Source: Pirellulales bacterium (GTDB lineage Bacteria; Planctomycetota; Planctomycetia; Pirellulales; PALSA-1355). From it: 33,128 nucleotides of DNA. Positions 17,001 through 25,788 of the stretch are shown piece by piece; position 1 is the stretch's first letter; the number at the start of each line of letters is the position of its first letter. The stretch lies in the NCBI GenBank assembly GCA_040901665.1, contig JBBDYK010000203.1, positions 1 through 33,128 on the forward strand. Direction: 5' to 3'. The notes below the pieces were generated by a model, which did not search any database, had not been told where the DNA came from, and saw only the letters and a program-made list of their open reading frames with translations. Made by a program: the position numbers and the translations under genes.

Positions 17001-18977
17001 GCCATCGGGACCGATTTCGAAATCTGCGGGTCGAAAGCTGGGGTCGCTCGACGAGAGGATCGGCTCTAACTCGGTTGCCGTAAAGCTCGCTCCCTTGTCC
17101 TGCACCTTGTATTGCAGGATGCCTTGGAAGCCGATCACGTTGCCGACCAGCAAATGGCCCTGCATCTCGGGCGGGAAGTGCCGGCTGTACAGATACTCGA
17201 TGCCCGGACACGGGCGCGTGCGCGGCTGATAGACCATTGGCGGCTGCGGATGCTTGTTCGGAAACTCGACGTGGCCCGAGAAGAGCGCGGCGTGAAACGG
17301 ATTGGCGCCGGTACCGTCGATCACGATGTCCTGCCCCCAGTGATCGAACGCATGCCCGTGCGGATTTGCAAAGCCATAGGAGACATAAACTTCGAACTTC
17401 TGCGCACGCGGCTCGTAGCGAAACACGCCGGCATTGGCCAGCCGCACGGGCGGGCCGTAGGGAGTTTCGACCTGCGAATGATGGAACGTGCCCTCTTGCA
17501 TGTAGAGCGCTCCGCCCGGATCGAACGTCAAGCTGTTGGAAGCGTGGTGCGTGTCGGCCGAGTCGAGGCCCGAGATCACGCGTTCGCGCGTGTCGGCGCG
17601 ATCATCGCCGTCAGTGTCCTTAAGAAATAGCAGGTCGGGGGCGTTGGCCACCAGCACGCCGCCGTTCCAGAACTCGAAGCCCGTCGGGTTGTGCAGTCCG
17701 CCGGCAAAGGTAATGCACTTGTCGGCGCGGCCGTCGCCGTTGGTGTCTTCCAGGATGAGCAATTTGTCATCCAGTTTGTCCTTGGGCTTCCAGTGCGGAT
17801 AGCTATCCCAGGCGGCGACCCACAGTCGGCCTTGCGGATCGAACGCCATTTGCACCGGGTTGACCAGTTCGGGAAACATGCTCTCGTCGGCCACGAGATT
17901 TACCTTCATGTTCTTGCCAAGGGTCATCCTGGCGATCGATTCCTCGCCGCTTAGGAACTCATACTTTCCGCCTGGCAGCGGGCCGGGCTTATTGGTGACC
18001 ACCTCGACAAAAGGCGGCGTGTTCGCGTCATCCACCGCCAGGTCGCTGTTTTGCGCCACGGCCCAGATACGCTGATCGCGATTGGCGGTCATCACATCGA
18101 GCACTTCCAGCTCGCGTTGCATCACCTCGCGGTTGGTCTGGTTCTTGACGAACTTCAGGTCAGCCCGGCCGCCGAAAATCGAGTAGCCGTCCGTGGTACG
18201 ATACTTCTCGAACCAGACGAAGTCCTTGTCGACCACGGCTTGGCGCAGTTTTTCGAGCTCAGTCGGTTCATTGGGCAGCCCACGACGTTCGCCGAACAGC
18301 GCAGCATCGATCGCCTGGGCCACCAACCGATCGCCGTGCGAATTCAGATGGATGCCATTGATCGTAAGCGGTGGATCGCTCCGCTCGTAGAGCAGTCGAC
18401 TAGGCGCGAACAAATCGACGAAGAACACCTGGTTAGCGACGGCCACATCGCGCATGGCGGCCGTGTAGAGGGCAATCTGCTCGTTGTTCGCCGTCCCGTC
18501 CGGCAGGTTGCGGTCGTGCAGATTCTCGTGGGCAATCGGCGAAAACAAGACCAATCGCGGCGCACCGTGGCCGTTGTACTTTTGGCCGAGCGTGTGCGTG
18601 ATGAGCTCTCCCAGGTCGTGCTTGAACTTTTCCAACCCCGCCTGACCGCCAGACGACTCGTTGTAGCCGAAGAACGCCAAAACAACATCGGCCTTCACGG
18701 CCGCAAGATGTTCGTCGGGCGAGCCGAAGCCGGCCGATCGGAGCCGGAGCGTCAGCTCGTCGCCGGAAAAACCCAAATTGCGAAACACCAGCTCGTGGCG
18801 CGGAAACCGACTCTGCACCAGGGCTTCGAGATGTCCGAAGTGTTGCATGCGGTCGGCCAGCGTGTTGCCGATGATGGCGACATGGTCGCCATTGGCCAAT
18901 TCCAAGCGTGTCGCTTCAGCCGCTTGGGTCACGCTGCCCAGGCACGCGAGTCCGATGAACCAAACGGCGTGTTTCAC
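14022..18977 (-). CDS. PVC-type heme-binding CxxCH multidomain dehydrogenase-like protein (SGNH-like, beta-propeller, HEAT, F-type lectin-like, cupredoxin, cytochrome c)
   Basis: Likely GTG start at 18977 (GGAAAG upstream) followed by a signal peptide; GNT/GFSGD/GYNE/NGIH; NPVQMAFD..GRLWV, LEDTNGDGRAD, FRP.D...GPDGA.YFTDW and GRVYR; PRVRLEAVRA HEAT repeats; MPHN + CTYPGHWRRM; CVACH...GPDLT...SIMP. Confidence 0.9.
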   Translation of the reverse strand: MKHAVWFIGLACLGSVTQAAEATRLELANGDHVAIIGNTLADRMQHFGHLEALVQSRFPRHELVFRNLGFSGDELTLRLRSAGFGSPDEHLAAVKADVVLAFFGYNESSGGQAGLEKFKHDLGELITHTLGQKYNGHGAPRLVLFSPIAHENLHDRNLPDGTANNEQIALYTAAMRDVAVANQVFFVDLFAPSRLLYERSDPPLTINGIHLNSHGDRLVAQAIDAALFGERRGLPNEPTELEKLRQAVVDKDFVWFEKYRTTDGYSIFGGRADLKFVKNQTNREVMQRELEVLDVMTANRDQRIWAVAQNSDLAVDDANTPPFVEVVTNKPGPLPGGKYEFLSGEESIARMTLGKNMKVNLVADESMFPELVNPVQMAFDPQGRLWVAAWDSYPHWKPKDKLDDKLLILEDTNGDGRADKCITFAGGLHNPTGFEFWNGGVLVANAPDLLFLKDTDGDDRADTRERVISGLDSADTHHASNSLTFDPGGALYMQEGTFHHSQVETPYGPPVRLANAGVFRYEPRAQKFEVYVSYGFANPHGHAFDHWGQDIVIDGTGANPFHAALFSGHVEFPNKHPQPPMVYQPRTRPCPGIEYLYSRHFPPEMQGHLLVGNVIGFQGILQYKVQDKGASFTATELEPILSSSDPSFRPADFEIGPDGAVYFTDWQNPIIGHMQHNLRDPSRDRTHGRVYRVTYEGRPLLQPPKIAGQPIPALLELLKEPEARVRYRAKLELSARSSDEVLAAVDRWVTALDTGDSQFEHHLLEALWVKQHHNSVDPALLDCLLTAQDFRARAAATRVLCYWRDRLSDSLGMLRKLAADPAPRVRLEAVRAASFLDVPEAVEIQVIAAEQPSDEYLDFVSKETLKTLEPIWRRALADGDNVAFSTEAGRKYLLRSIDNNQLVKLERTRAVCVEMLRRPGLLDENRRAALRVLAELDHKSELAIVMEAIDALDANDDQLDASLLFDLARLFGGRSAQELAPARAELQRIALTARQPVLRQVGFVSLMSVDGTPEKAWRLALGSAKSLRDFVEAMPLIPDASVRASLFERIAPLLNGLPDSLSSATTPMSASGRYVRIELPARGTLTLAEVEVQSDGANVARSGKASQKSTAHGGDASRAIDGNKGGEYSAGGQTHTAENEGRPWWELDLGRELPIESIIVFNRTDGDLGRRLEGFTLTLLDGNRQQVFERQGSAAPASSTTIQVGEGDPASAVRRAAMLALTYVRGQEAKTFALLAPRITDATDRAAAIAALQRIGQADWPKDQARPLLDSIAAYLASVPVAQRTTPEALSAMELGHALAALLPANEARQARAELNELGVRVIRVGTLFERMSYDKDVIAVRAGKPVEFVFENSDLMPHNFVIAQPGSLEAIGLEAEATAQQPGAAERHYVPPSTKILLASTLLQPRASEKLSFNVPSEPGVYPYVCTYPGHWRRMYGALYVVDDLDAYLDNPEAYLAAHPLEIKDALLADRRPRTEWTVDDLAVAVSELKSGRSYGNGKQMFTVANCVACHKLDNVGAQFGPDLTQLDAKLQSLDVLKELIDPSARINEKYQSYVFELESGKVLTGLVLEETPTLVRVIENPLAKADAVELKPTDIAARHKSTSSIMPKGLLDKLSRDEILDLIAYVIARGNPDVPLFQGGAHGHGHAGH

Positions 18978-19174
18978 GGTGGCAACTTTCCGGGTGGGGT
19001 GAGAGAATTTCGTCGCGCTACAGGGGCAGCGGCCGGCGGCTCGCACGCCCACGCGCTCGATTGGCCAGCTACGCGCAACGACGCAACGGCGAGACCTCCG
19101 ATTGTGACTGAAACGCACGCCGGTTTCAAGCGAGCTGAAGTCACTTCAATCGCCGCCAATGCGGCAGGAACTGC

Positions 19175-20623
19175 TCATTGCATCTGAATCTCGACCGATG
19201 CTTTCGCGGCCGCGTGGCCGTGGTGCGTCGTCGCCGGCCCGAGACGTCGCTGGCGGTCCTTGACCAACTGTTCCGCGACCGCGTACCGAGAGACGACGCC
19301 CGGCTGTGGATACAAGCCACCGCCGAAAATCAGTGCGGTGAGAACGAGCACGGCAATCCGCTCGGGGCGGCGGATTTTCAGATCGACTTTCGCGACGTGC
19401 GGCGTACCAGTAAACACGCGAAAATACGCGTGCATCACGGCCAGTCCATTGAGCGCGGCCACGCACACCACGATCACCCCGACCAGGGGAACCGTGTGTA
19501 CCATGCCGTCGACCAGCAACTCCGCGCCGATAAATCCAGCCGTGCCTGGAAAACCAATGCTGGCCAGACCCGTGACGAGAAACAGCAGGGCCAGTCCCGG
19601 GGTGTGATGGTAGAGGCCGTGGAATTCGTCGAGCGAAAGCCGACCGGTGCGCGACTCGACCGAGCGCAGCGTGAGCCCGAACCCGGCCATCGAGATGCTG
19701 ACGGAGATCCACATGCACAGCGCGGCTGTCAGACTGATGGCCGTCGCGGTTTCCAGCCCGACGAACACCAGCGAAGAGTGGCTGAGGAACAAGTAGCAAA
19801 AAAAACGTCTGGCTTCGCGCTGCACCAGGGCCATGCCGGCGGCGTACACGGCCGTCAGCAGAGAAAGCATGGCGATGCTGTGCAACGCCCATTCGGGAGC
19901 GATGGGCAGCACCAATCGAAGGGCCGCGTACACGCCGACCATGGGCGTCACGAACAGCAACGCTGTGCCAAAGGTCGCGTTCTCGAACAGGTCGGTCATC
20001 CAACAGTGCAAGGGGACAATGCCGCTGCGCACCAGGACCGCGGCCATCAACAAACCGATGCCGATGACGGATCCCACGCCCCGGTCGACGTCGACCAGCC
20101 ACTGCCCGGTTACTAGCAAAGCGACGAACAGCATCATGTGTAACACGAACACGCGCGTCGACCGGCGGCGCAATCGCAAGTTGATATAGGGCGAAATCGT
20201 CCCGGCCACCAGCAAGGCAATGATGACCCAAGGGCGATCGGTGCTAAACGTCGCCAACAGGATGGCTTCGGACAGCAACAGCCGCGGAAACGACAGCCGC
20301 CGCACCTTGGTGCGCAACGTGGCCAGGACCGTCAGCAATGACAGCAACGACGCCAAGGAAAGCAAGGGCGCACTCAGCGCGTCGATGCCGATGACCGGCG
20401 CCACGTGGAACGCCATCATCAAATCCCACGGGTCGTGCACCTCACCGCCCGAGAGCGTCGCGTAATCGCACCAGGCGCCCAGGGTTAGCAGCAGTGCGAT
20501 GCCGCAAAACACCAGGCTGTATCGCCGGGCCGCGTCGGGATCACGGATCTGCGCAGTGACGATTGCGCCTACCAGCGGCACGGCAATCGCCAGCTCCAGC
20601 CACGGAAGGTGCAACTCGTTCAT
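19175..20623 (-). CDS. NuoM/ND4-like proton-conducting membrane subunit (degenerate), third gene of the dab operon
   Basis: About 13 hydrophobic segments; [29 protein letters not shown]...EFHGL and [17 protein letters not shown]; ATGA overlap with dabB and GAGGA SD. Confidence 0.85.
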   Translation of the reverse strand: MNELHLPWLELAIAVPLVGAIVTAQIRDPDAARRYSLVFCGIALLLTLGAWCDYATLSGGEVHDPWDLMMAFHVAPVIGIDALSAPLLSLASLLSLLTVLATLRTKVRRLSFPRLLLSEAILLATFSTDRPWVIIALLVAGTISPYINLRLRRRSTRVFVLHMMLFVALLVTGQWLVDVDRGVGSVIGIGLLMAAVLVRSGIVPLHCWMTDLFENATFGTALLFVTPMVGVYAALRLVLPIAPEWALHSIAMLSLLTAVYAAGMALVQREARRFFCYLFLSHSSLVFVGLETATAISLTAALCMWISVSISMAGFGLTLRSVESRTGRLSLDEFHGLYHHTPGLALLFLVTGLASIGFPGTAGFIGAELLVDGMVHTVPLVGVIVVCVAALNGLAVMHAYFRVFTGTPHVAKVDLKIRRPERIAVLVLTALIFGGGLYPQPGVVSRYAVAEQLVKDRQRRLGPATTHHGHAAAKASVEIQMQ

Positions 20624-22011
20624 AGCAGCAGATCCTCGATCGGCGGCGAAGGGTCGCGAATGCTATCGGATTCTCGCGACGGATGTCCGGCTAACAAGTC
20701 GGTCCATTTGCGCTCCATCGTGTCGCACCAGCGAAAAATACGCACGAAGGGCCATACCAGGAATTCATTGATGATCGAATCCAGATGCCCCCGCTCGAAC
20801 GACAATCGATACAAGCGGTGGTTCACACTCGTCGGCAACCAGCGGCTGGCGTGCGATTCCGCCGGAAGGTGCGAGCCGATGGCGTTTTCCAAGGTGCGAT
20901 AATCGTGCAGCAGCGACGGCGCCCGCACGAGTTGCAACGTTCGTAACGTGGCATGGCCGATGATGTGCACCAGCGGAATGTATTGCATTCCGAGTCCGAT
21001 TTCTGCGGTAATGATCCCCACCTGCGTCAGCGACGCGTATGCCAGCGCGCTCTTGACGTCGGTCTGCACGCGCGCCGTGAGCGCCGCCAAGATCGCCGAG
21101 GCTACTCCCAGCACCACCACCGCCGCGCTCAGCCACGTCGACAGCTCGAGAATCGGACTCACGCGCAACAGCAAAAAGGTTCCCAGATGAACCGACAACG
21201 CGCCGTAAAAGACGGCACTGGATGGCGTGGGTCCTTCCATCGCTCGGGGCAGCCAGCCCGAAAACGGGATGAGTGCCGACTTGCCGGCCGCGGCCACCAA
21301 CAGCAACAGTCCGATCACGAGCGCCTGGTTGGAGCTCAGCGCGGCGTGCCCATCGGGCCAGGCCCCCTTCCCCATCAATCGGTCAAAATCCCCTTCACCC
21401 GTCAAATGGTGCAGCGCGACGGCGGCGATCAAAAATGCCGCGTCCGCCACACGATAGACACTCCACACGCGCTGTCCATTGATCACCGGCGCTGTGCGCT
21501 CGTGGAAATAGGCCACCAACAGTGCGGAGGAGAGTCCCACCAATTCCCAACCGAGAAACAGCGTCTCGATGGTCCCAGCCAGGGAAGCGACGATCATACC
21601 CACCAGGAACAACGCGTACAGCAAGAAAAATCGATGATATCCGGGCTCGCGGTGTAGATACCTGCTGGCAAAGGCGCCGATGGTCCCGAGCAATACATAG
21701 GAGAGGACGACAAAGGGAACCGACAACCGGTCGAACATGAACTTGAGGTGAAAGTGAAAATTCTCCTGGGGAATGACCACCCAGTTGCCCACTTCGAGCA
21801 CGACGTTTCGCTCCCCCGATACCAACATCATCGCCAGCATGGCGATCGCAGCGAGAAAGCCGACGACCACCGCAACGTAATTGAAACGGGCCGTGACGCG
21901 TTCGCTCAGCGGCCAACCACCCAGGAGCGTCAATCCCACGCCCAGCAACAGCACGATGGGGGCGATTACCGTCAGAGCGCCAGCCATGTGCAGCAACGGA
22001 TCCAGAGTCAT
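20620..22011 (-). CDS. dabB: Inorganic carbon transporter membrane subunit DabB/MpsA (truncated NuoL-like)
   Basis: Start ATG 22011 (AAGGAG SD, ATGA overlap with dabA stop); [57 protein letters not shown] and HIIGHA; 463 aa. Confidence 0.88.
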   Translation of the reverse strand: MTLDPLLHMAGALTVIAPIVLLLGVGLTLLGGWPLSERVTARFNYVAVVVGFLAAIAMLAMMLVSGERNVVLEVGNWVVIPQENFHFHLKFMFDRLSVPFVVLSYVLLGTIGAFASRYLHREPGYHRFFLLYALFLVGMIVASLAGTIETLFLGWELVGLSSALLVAYFHERTAPVINGQRVWSVYRVADAAFLIAAVALHHLTGEGDFDRLMGKGAWPDGHAALSSNQALVIGLLLLVAAAGKSALIPFSGWLPRAMEGPTPSSAVFYGALSVHLGTFLLLRVSPILELSTWLSAAVVVLGVASAILAALTARVQTDVKSALAYASLTQVGIITAEIGLGMQYIPLVHIIGHATLRTLQLVRAPSLLHDYRTLENAIGSHLPAESHASRWLPTSVNHRLYRLSFERGHLDSIINEFLVWPFVRIFRWCDTMERKWTDLLAGHPSRESDSIRDPSPPIEDLLL

Positions 22012-25000
22012 GCGCACTCCTTTGGCGCCACCACGCAGGTTGACGCCGACCGCCCAACGATCGAGGCGCATCCCAAGTGATCGCGCCAGCCGCCATACCA
22101 TTCGACCGACGAGGCCGCCACGGGTAGTTCCTTGGACTCCGGGAGATAGCGCTCGAAACGCCCTCGGCGATAGATCTGCAGCGTGGGGGAGTCCGGATCG
22201 AGCACCGCAAGTTGCACCCACTCGTTGTGCACCAGGCGGCCGATGCCGGGGTTGCGCTCAAGAATGGCCAGCATGGCCGCCGCGGTGGTTTCGATCACGA
22301 ACAGCAGGCGAACCGGCTCATGGATTTCGACCATTTGCCACGGCAAGCCGGGGCGCAAATCGCTGGCCGCGCCGTCCATCACGCCCAACAGCGAGGTTAT
22401 GTTGTGCGGCAACTTAGTCCCACAGCCGTAGCCGGTGGGATCGACGTACGAGAAATAGTATTCCAGATTGATACCGGCGCAGACGGGAAACACCGCCTGC
22501 AGGATGCGCGTCAGAGTGGAATGCTCCGCGTCATCATGCGTCGGGTCATACGACGTCAGGAACGCCCGACGGTCGAGAAACAACGAGCGCGTGTGAAAGC
22601 GCCGTCCGACGATGCAGGTCGCATTGGTGGCGTGGCCGCACTCCGACCGCACTTGCGAAAGATCCTCCGCCCGACCCTCCACGTGGCGTAGCACTGCCTC
22701 GGGCGAGAGCGACAAATCGGCCGATTCGAACCTCCGACATCGCTCGTGGGCATTTCGCCGGCGCACTTCGTCGAGGGCCAACTTGGCTCTTATAAAGTCG
22801 CCGCGATGCAACGATGGCAAGCGGTCGAGGTCGTAGTACTGAATGCTGTCGTCGCACGTGTTGTGGAGTCCGCCAAGGAAGATCGTCTCTCGCGGTATCA
22901 CCAATCCGACGCGGGCCAACTGCTCGCGCACCCGCGGGTCGTTCAGAATGCTGGCGAACGCTCGGGCATTGGGTCCACCCCGACCGCCGCCACAGGCGCC
23001 GCAATCGTAGGCGGACGCGTGCGGGTTGTTGACGCTCGATGAGCCGTGGCCCATCACGAGTACCAGGCGGGCAAACCGCCGGGTCAATCCCAGCTCTTCC
23101 AAGACGCTTCGCGCAATGGCGACCATTTCGTCAAGGCTGTAGCCGAAATGCCCGGGCTGGGGCGCGGGCGGATCCTCCCGGCGTTCCAACAGCAGGTGCG
23201 CCACCGGCGGAGGCTGGACAAAGCGGCCAAACGTTCGTCTCGTTTTTGCGGTGAGACGCGGACACAAGACGCGCGCCATCAGTGGCACGGATGCCAGCGT
23301 GCCGAACAGCGCCGTCAGCGCGCCGCCGAACACCGTGCGACTGACGACGTGCAGGCGATGTACGATTTTCCCCAACGCGCGTCGCGTCTCCAACCGCCGC
23401 TGATGAGACTCGTCGAAGGACACATCGACTTCCTCTTGCACGTAGTGACTGGGCTTGATCACAACTGGGCAGAGGGGAACGTAGTGCGCATCGGCCGCGC
23501 CGCGATAGTACATGGCCACGCCGAAGAATCCTGCCGTGCCGAATGTTTCGCACTCGGGCGCTACTTCCTCGAGATGCCGTCGGAACGACTCTTCGCGCTC
23601 GTCGAGGCAACAAATCACTTGAAACTCCGGACGCTCAATCTGGGCAGGCGCGACGCGGGCGTGGACCACGAGCGCGTCGAGCACCCTGTTGCGATAACGG
23701 CGCTCGAAGGCCAGGTGATACGTGCGGCGCCGATGAAAATCGGAGAACGACTCCACTTCCTTCAAGAGCGCTGTCCATTCAACCCGCGATAGACGGTGCA
23801 GATCGAAAGGCTTCCAGCCAAGATACTGGGCCAACTGAAAGACCAGGAAGGCGCGCTGGTCGACGCTCAACCGCGGGGTGCGATGCAGTTTCTTGCGCAG
23901 CCTCGGCGCCAGCTTGTCGAGGTCGCCACGATCGCCCAACGTGTCGCGCGCCGCGTGGGAAATCGCCAGCCGTTCCAGCACCAGACGGACTGCCACATAT
24001 TCGATCAGCGTGCCGCGAGGCGCCGGATGGACGGTCCATTCCGCGTTTGTTTCCATCTGCCAGAGCATGCCGGCCCAACCGCGCAGGGCCAGGATGGTTG
24101 ATGCCAGGTACTTTTCCCGGTCCGCAGCGACAACCCCCAACAGGTCGAGAGAATCCTCGATGATCTCCAACGGCGTGAGCCCCGCGCGTTCGAGGCGCTC
24201 GAGTTCCGCCGGCAGTCCGGACAACCAGCGATCGATCGGACGGTTGTGTTGATAGAGCGAACGCCAGGCGGCAATGAATCCATGGTCGCGATCCGGTAGC
24301 GCCCAACCGGCCAGGCCTTGATCGACAAAGGCGGCACAAAACCGAATCAAGACTTCGTTGACCGATCGATCGGTATCCGTGCCAGTCGTTTGCAGCAGCA
24401 AATCGCGGTGACGCACGGCGGGCGAAGCCGCGTCGCCGAATTGAGGCAAACCGTGTACGCCGTGATGACAAATCTGCCAGAGCAGTTTCAGGGTGAATGC
24501 TTCCCAAGTCGCTTCGCTCCAGCGCTCGACGGTGGCTGCCCCGAACTGCTTGAACAGCAGATCGCTGAACCGCAAGATGTGATCGTCGGCGCGTGAACCG
24601 TCGCCGCGCAAATCGCGCATCGCCCAATGACGCGTGTGGGCGATGAGCTGTTGGCGAACGTTGCGCGGCGCCTCCGGCAGAAACCGCTTCACCGCATCGG
24701 CTTCGGCCACCAGCCAGCGCAACTCGGAGTCGCGCCCCTGGCAAAGCGGGTATTGAAGCATTGCCAGGCGCAGATGGTAGCGAGTGCCGAGAAAGCCGAT
24801 CAGATGATCGGTGTCTTCGCCTAGATCTTCCAGCATCGCTTCGGCAATGTCGTGCGGAAGTATTCGTCCGCGCGCCAACATCTCGCGATAGCGGTCCTCC
24901 GGCAGGTAGGTGTGACAACCGTACGTCGCCGCGCCCCGCCGAATGGCTTCGTCGAATGGCTCGTCCTCGAAGGCGTGCAGCGTGTTGTGGTGCACGAATA

Positions 25001-25127
25001 CTTGGATCGGCTGCTGGCTCGGCAGCAGGTGCGTCAGGTGCTCGATCGTGTGCCGCAGGTCATCGTGTCGCAGGTCCGGCTGATGGATCCCTTGGCCGGA
25101 CGGTTCCAGAGATGCCGTTTCACGCAC
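22008..25127 (-). CDS. dabA: Inorganic carbon transporter subunit DabA/MpsB (DUF2309/UPF0753)
   Basis: [16 protein letters not shown]; LRGWAG; Zn ligands in [14 protein letters not shown] (C-x-D at 23601-23609) and GHGS...[13 protein letters not shown] (His 23046-23048, Cys 23001-23003); R..DLSQVR.E.G; LDRRAFL.SYDP; INLEYYFS; HEPVRL. Start uncertain (GTG 25127 or 25175). Confidence 0.95.
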   Translation of the reverse strand: MRETASLEPSGQGIHQPDLRHDDLRHTIEHLTHLLPSQQPIQVFVHHNTLHAFEDEPFDEAIRRGAATYGCHTYLPEDRYREMLARGRILPHDIAEAMLEDLGEDTDHLIGFLGTRYHLRLAMLQYPLCQGRDSELRWLVAEADAVKRFLPEAPRNVRQQLIAHTRHWAMRDLRGDGSRADDHILRFSDLLFKQFGAATVERWSEATWEAFTLKLLWQICHHGVHGLPQFGDAASPAVRHRDLLLQTTGTDTDRSVNEVLIRFCAAFVDQGLAGWALPDRDHGFIAAWRSLYQHNRPIDRWLSGLPAELERLERAGLTPLEIIEDSLDLLGVVAADREKYLASTILALRGWAGMLWQMETNAEWTVHPAPRGTLIEYVAVRLVLERLAISHAARDTLGDRGDLDKLAPRLRKKLHRTPRLSVDQRAFLVFQLAQYLGWKPFDLHRLSRVEWTALLKEVESFSDFHRRRTYHLAFERRYRNRVLDALVVHARVAPAQIERPEFQVICCLDEREESFRRHLEEVAPECETFGTAGFFGVAMYYRGAADAHYVPLCPVVIKPSHYVQEEVDVSFDESHQRRLETRRALGKIVHRLHVVSRTVFGGALTALFGTLASVPLMARVLCPRLTAKTRRTFGRFVQPPPVAHLLLERREDPPAPQPGHFGYSLDEMVAIARSVLEELGLTRRFARLVLVMGHGSSSVNNPHASAYDCGACGGGRGGPNARAFASILNDPRVREQLARVGLVIPRETIFLGGLHNTCDDSIQYYDLDRLPSLHRGDFIRAKLALDEVRRRNAHERCRRFESADLSLSPEAVLRHVEGRAEDLSQVRSECGHATNATCIVGRRFHTRSLFLDRRAFLTSYDPTHDDAEHSTLTRILQAVFPVCAGINLEYYFSYVDPTGYGCGTKLPHNITSLLGVMDGAASDLRPGLPWQMVEIHEPVRLLFVIETTAAAMLAILERNPGIGRLVHNEWVQLAVLDPDSPTLQIYRRGRFERYLPESKELPVAASSVEWYGGWRDHLGCASIVGRSASTCVVAPKECA

Positions 25128-25788
25128 GGTTCGGTTACTCGCTGCCAAAGTATGGTTCGGAACCCCAAAGCACACCGCCGAGCCCCCCGCCGCGAGCGGG
25201 CGAAAGCGGGGATCGGGCGCGCGCGTCGAGCCGTCGACGAGTCCGATTGCGAGAAATCCCTATCCGGAAAACCATGAGTCAGCGATACAATCGTCGGTTG
25301 CAGATGTGGTTGTGCCGCGTGAGAGCCCGACATTTCGGTCCCAGCGGAGCAACTTTCGGCGAGGGGATAGAAGGCGCGCATGTCGCGCGACCTGGCTGGC
25401 AAAACGGCTCGGGCAGGCACCTTTGGTCTGGGCGGTTGCAGTGAAGCGGTGAATGGACCTGAAGATTTGGAGCCACGGCGATCCCTGTCCACTTATCCAA
25501 AAACACGATCGGAGCAGATGGCGACGAATCACGCCCGTGTGGCGAGTGCCTCCATTCGTCGTAACTGCCTTACACGACTAATCTCAGACTCATCCCGGAC
25601 CGCTTCTCAATGGCGCGCCGAGCCACGACATGACCATGAACTTGTGCTTCATGCCTGCCGAGCAACCTTTGACGTATCGTAGGCTCGTACGTTACATCGA
25701 TCCAGGGCGGACTCGAGATCCTTAAGGTATTTTAATCTAGCGCCTCAGATGTGCGGTATGTGTCACGTTTTCTTGTGCGAGGTTCCCC

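Noticed and set aside
18978-19118. N-terminal extensions in the ORF track (also 4472-4648, 22012-22221, 31744-31920, 31671-31799)
   Set aside because: Downstream starts fit better with SD sequences, signal peptides, stop/start overlaps or family N-termini.
19175-22011. Respiratory complex I (nuoL/nuoM) or Mrp antiporter operon
   Set aside because: No other nuo/mrp subunits; both genes are coupled to DUF2309 and lack several canonical residues.
25128-25788. Small ORFs in the dabA/CA intergenic region (25260-25532, 25279-25506, 25380-25682) as a small DAB subunit or regulator
   Set aside because: No TM helix, HTH or clear SD, and Arg/Ser/Cys-rich non-protein-like composition; cannot be supported.
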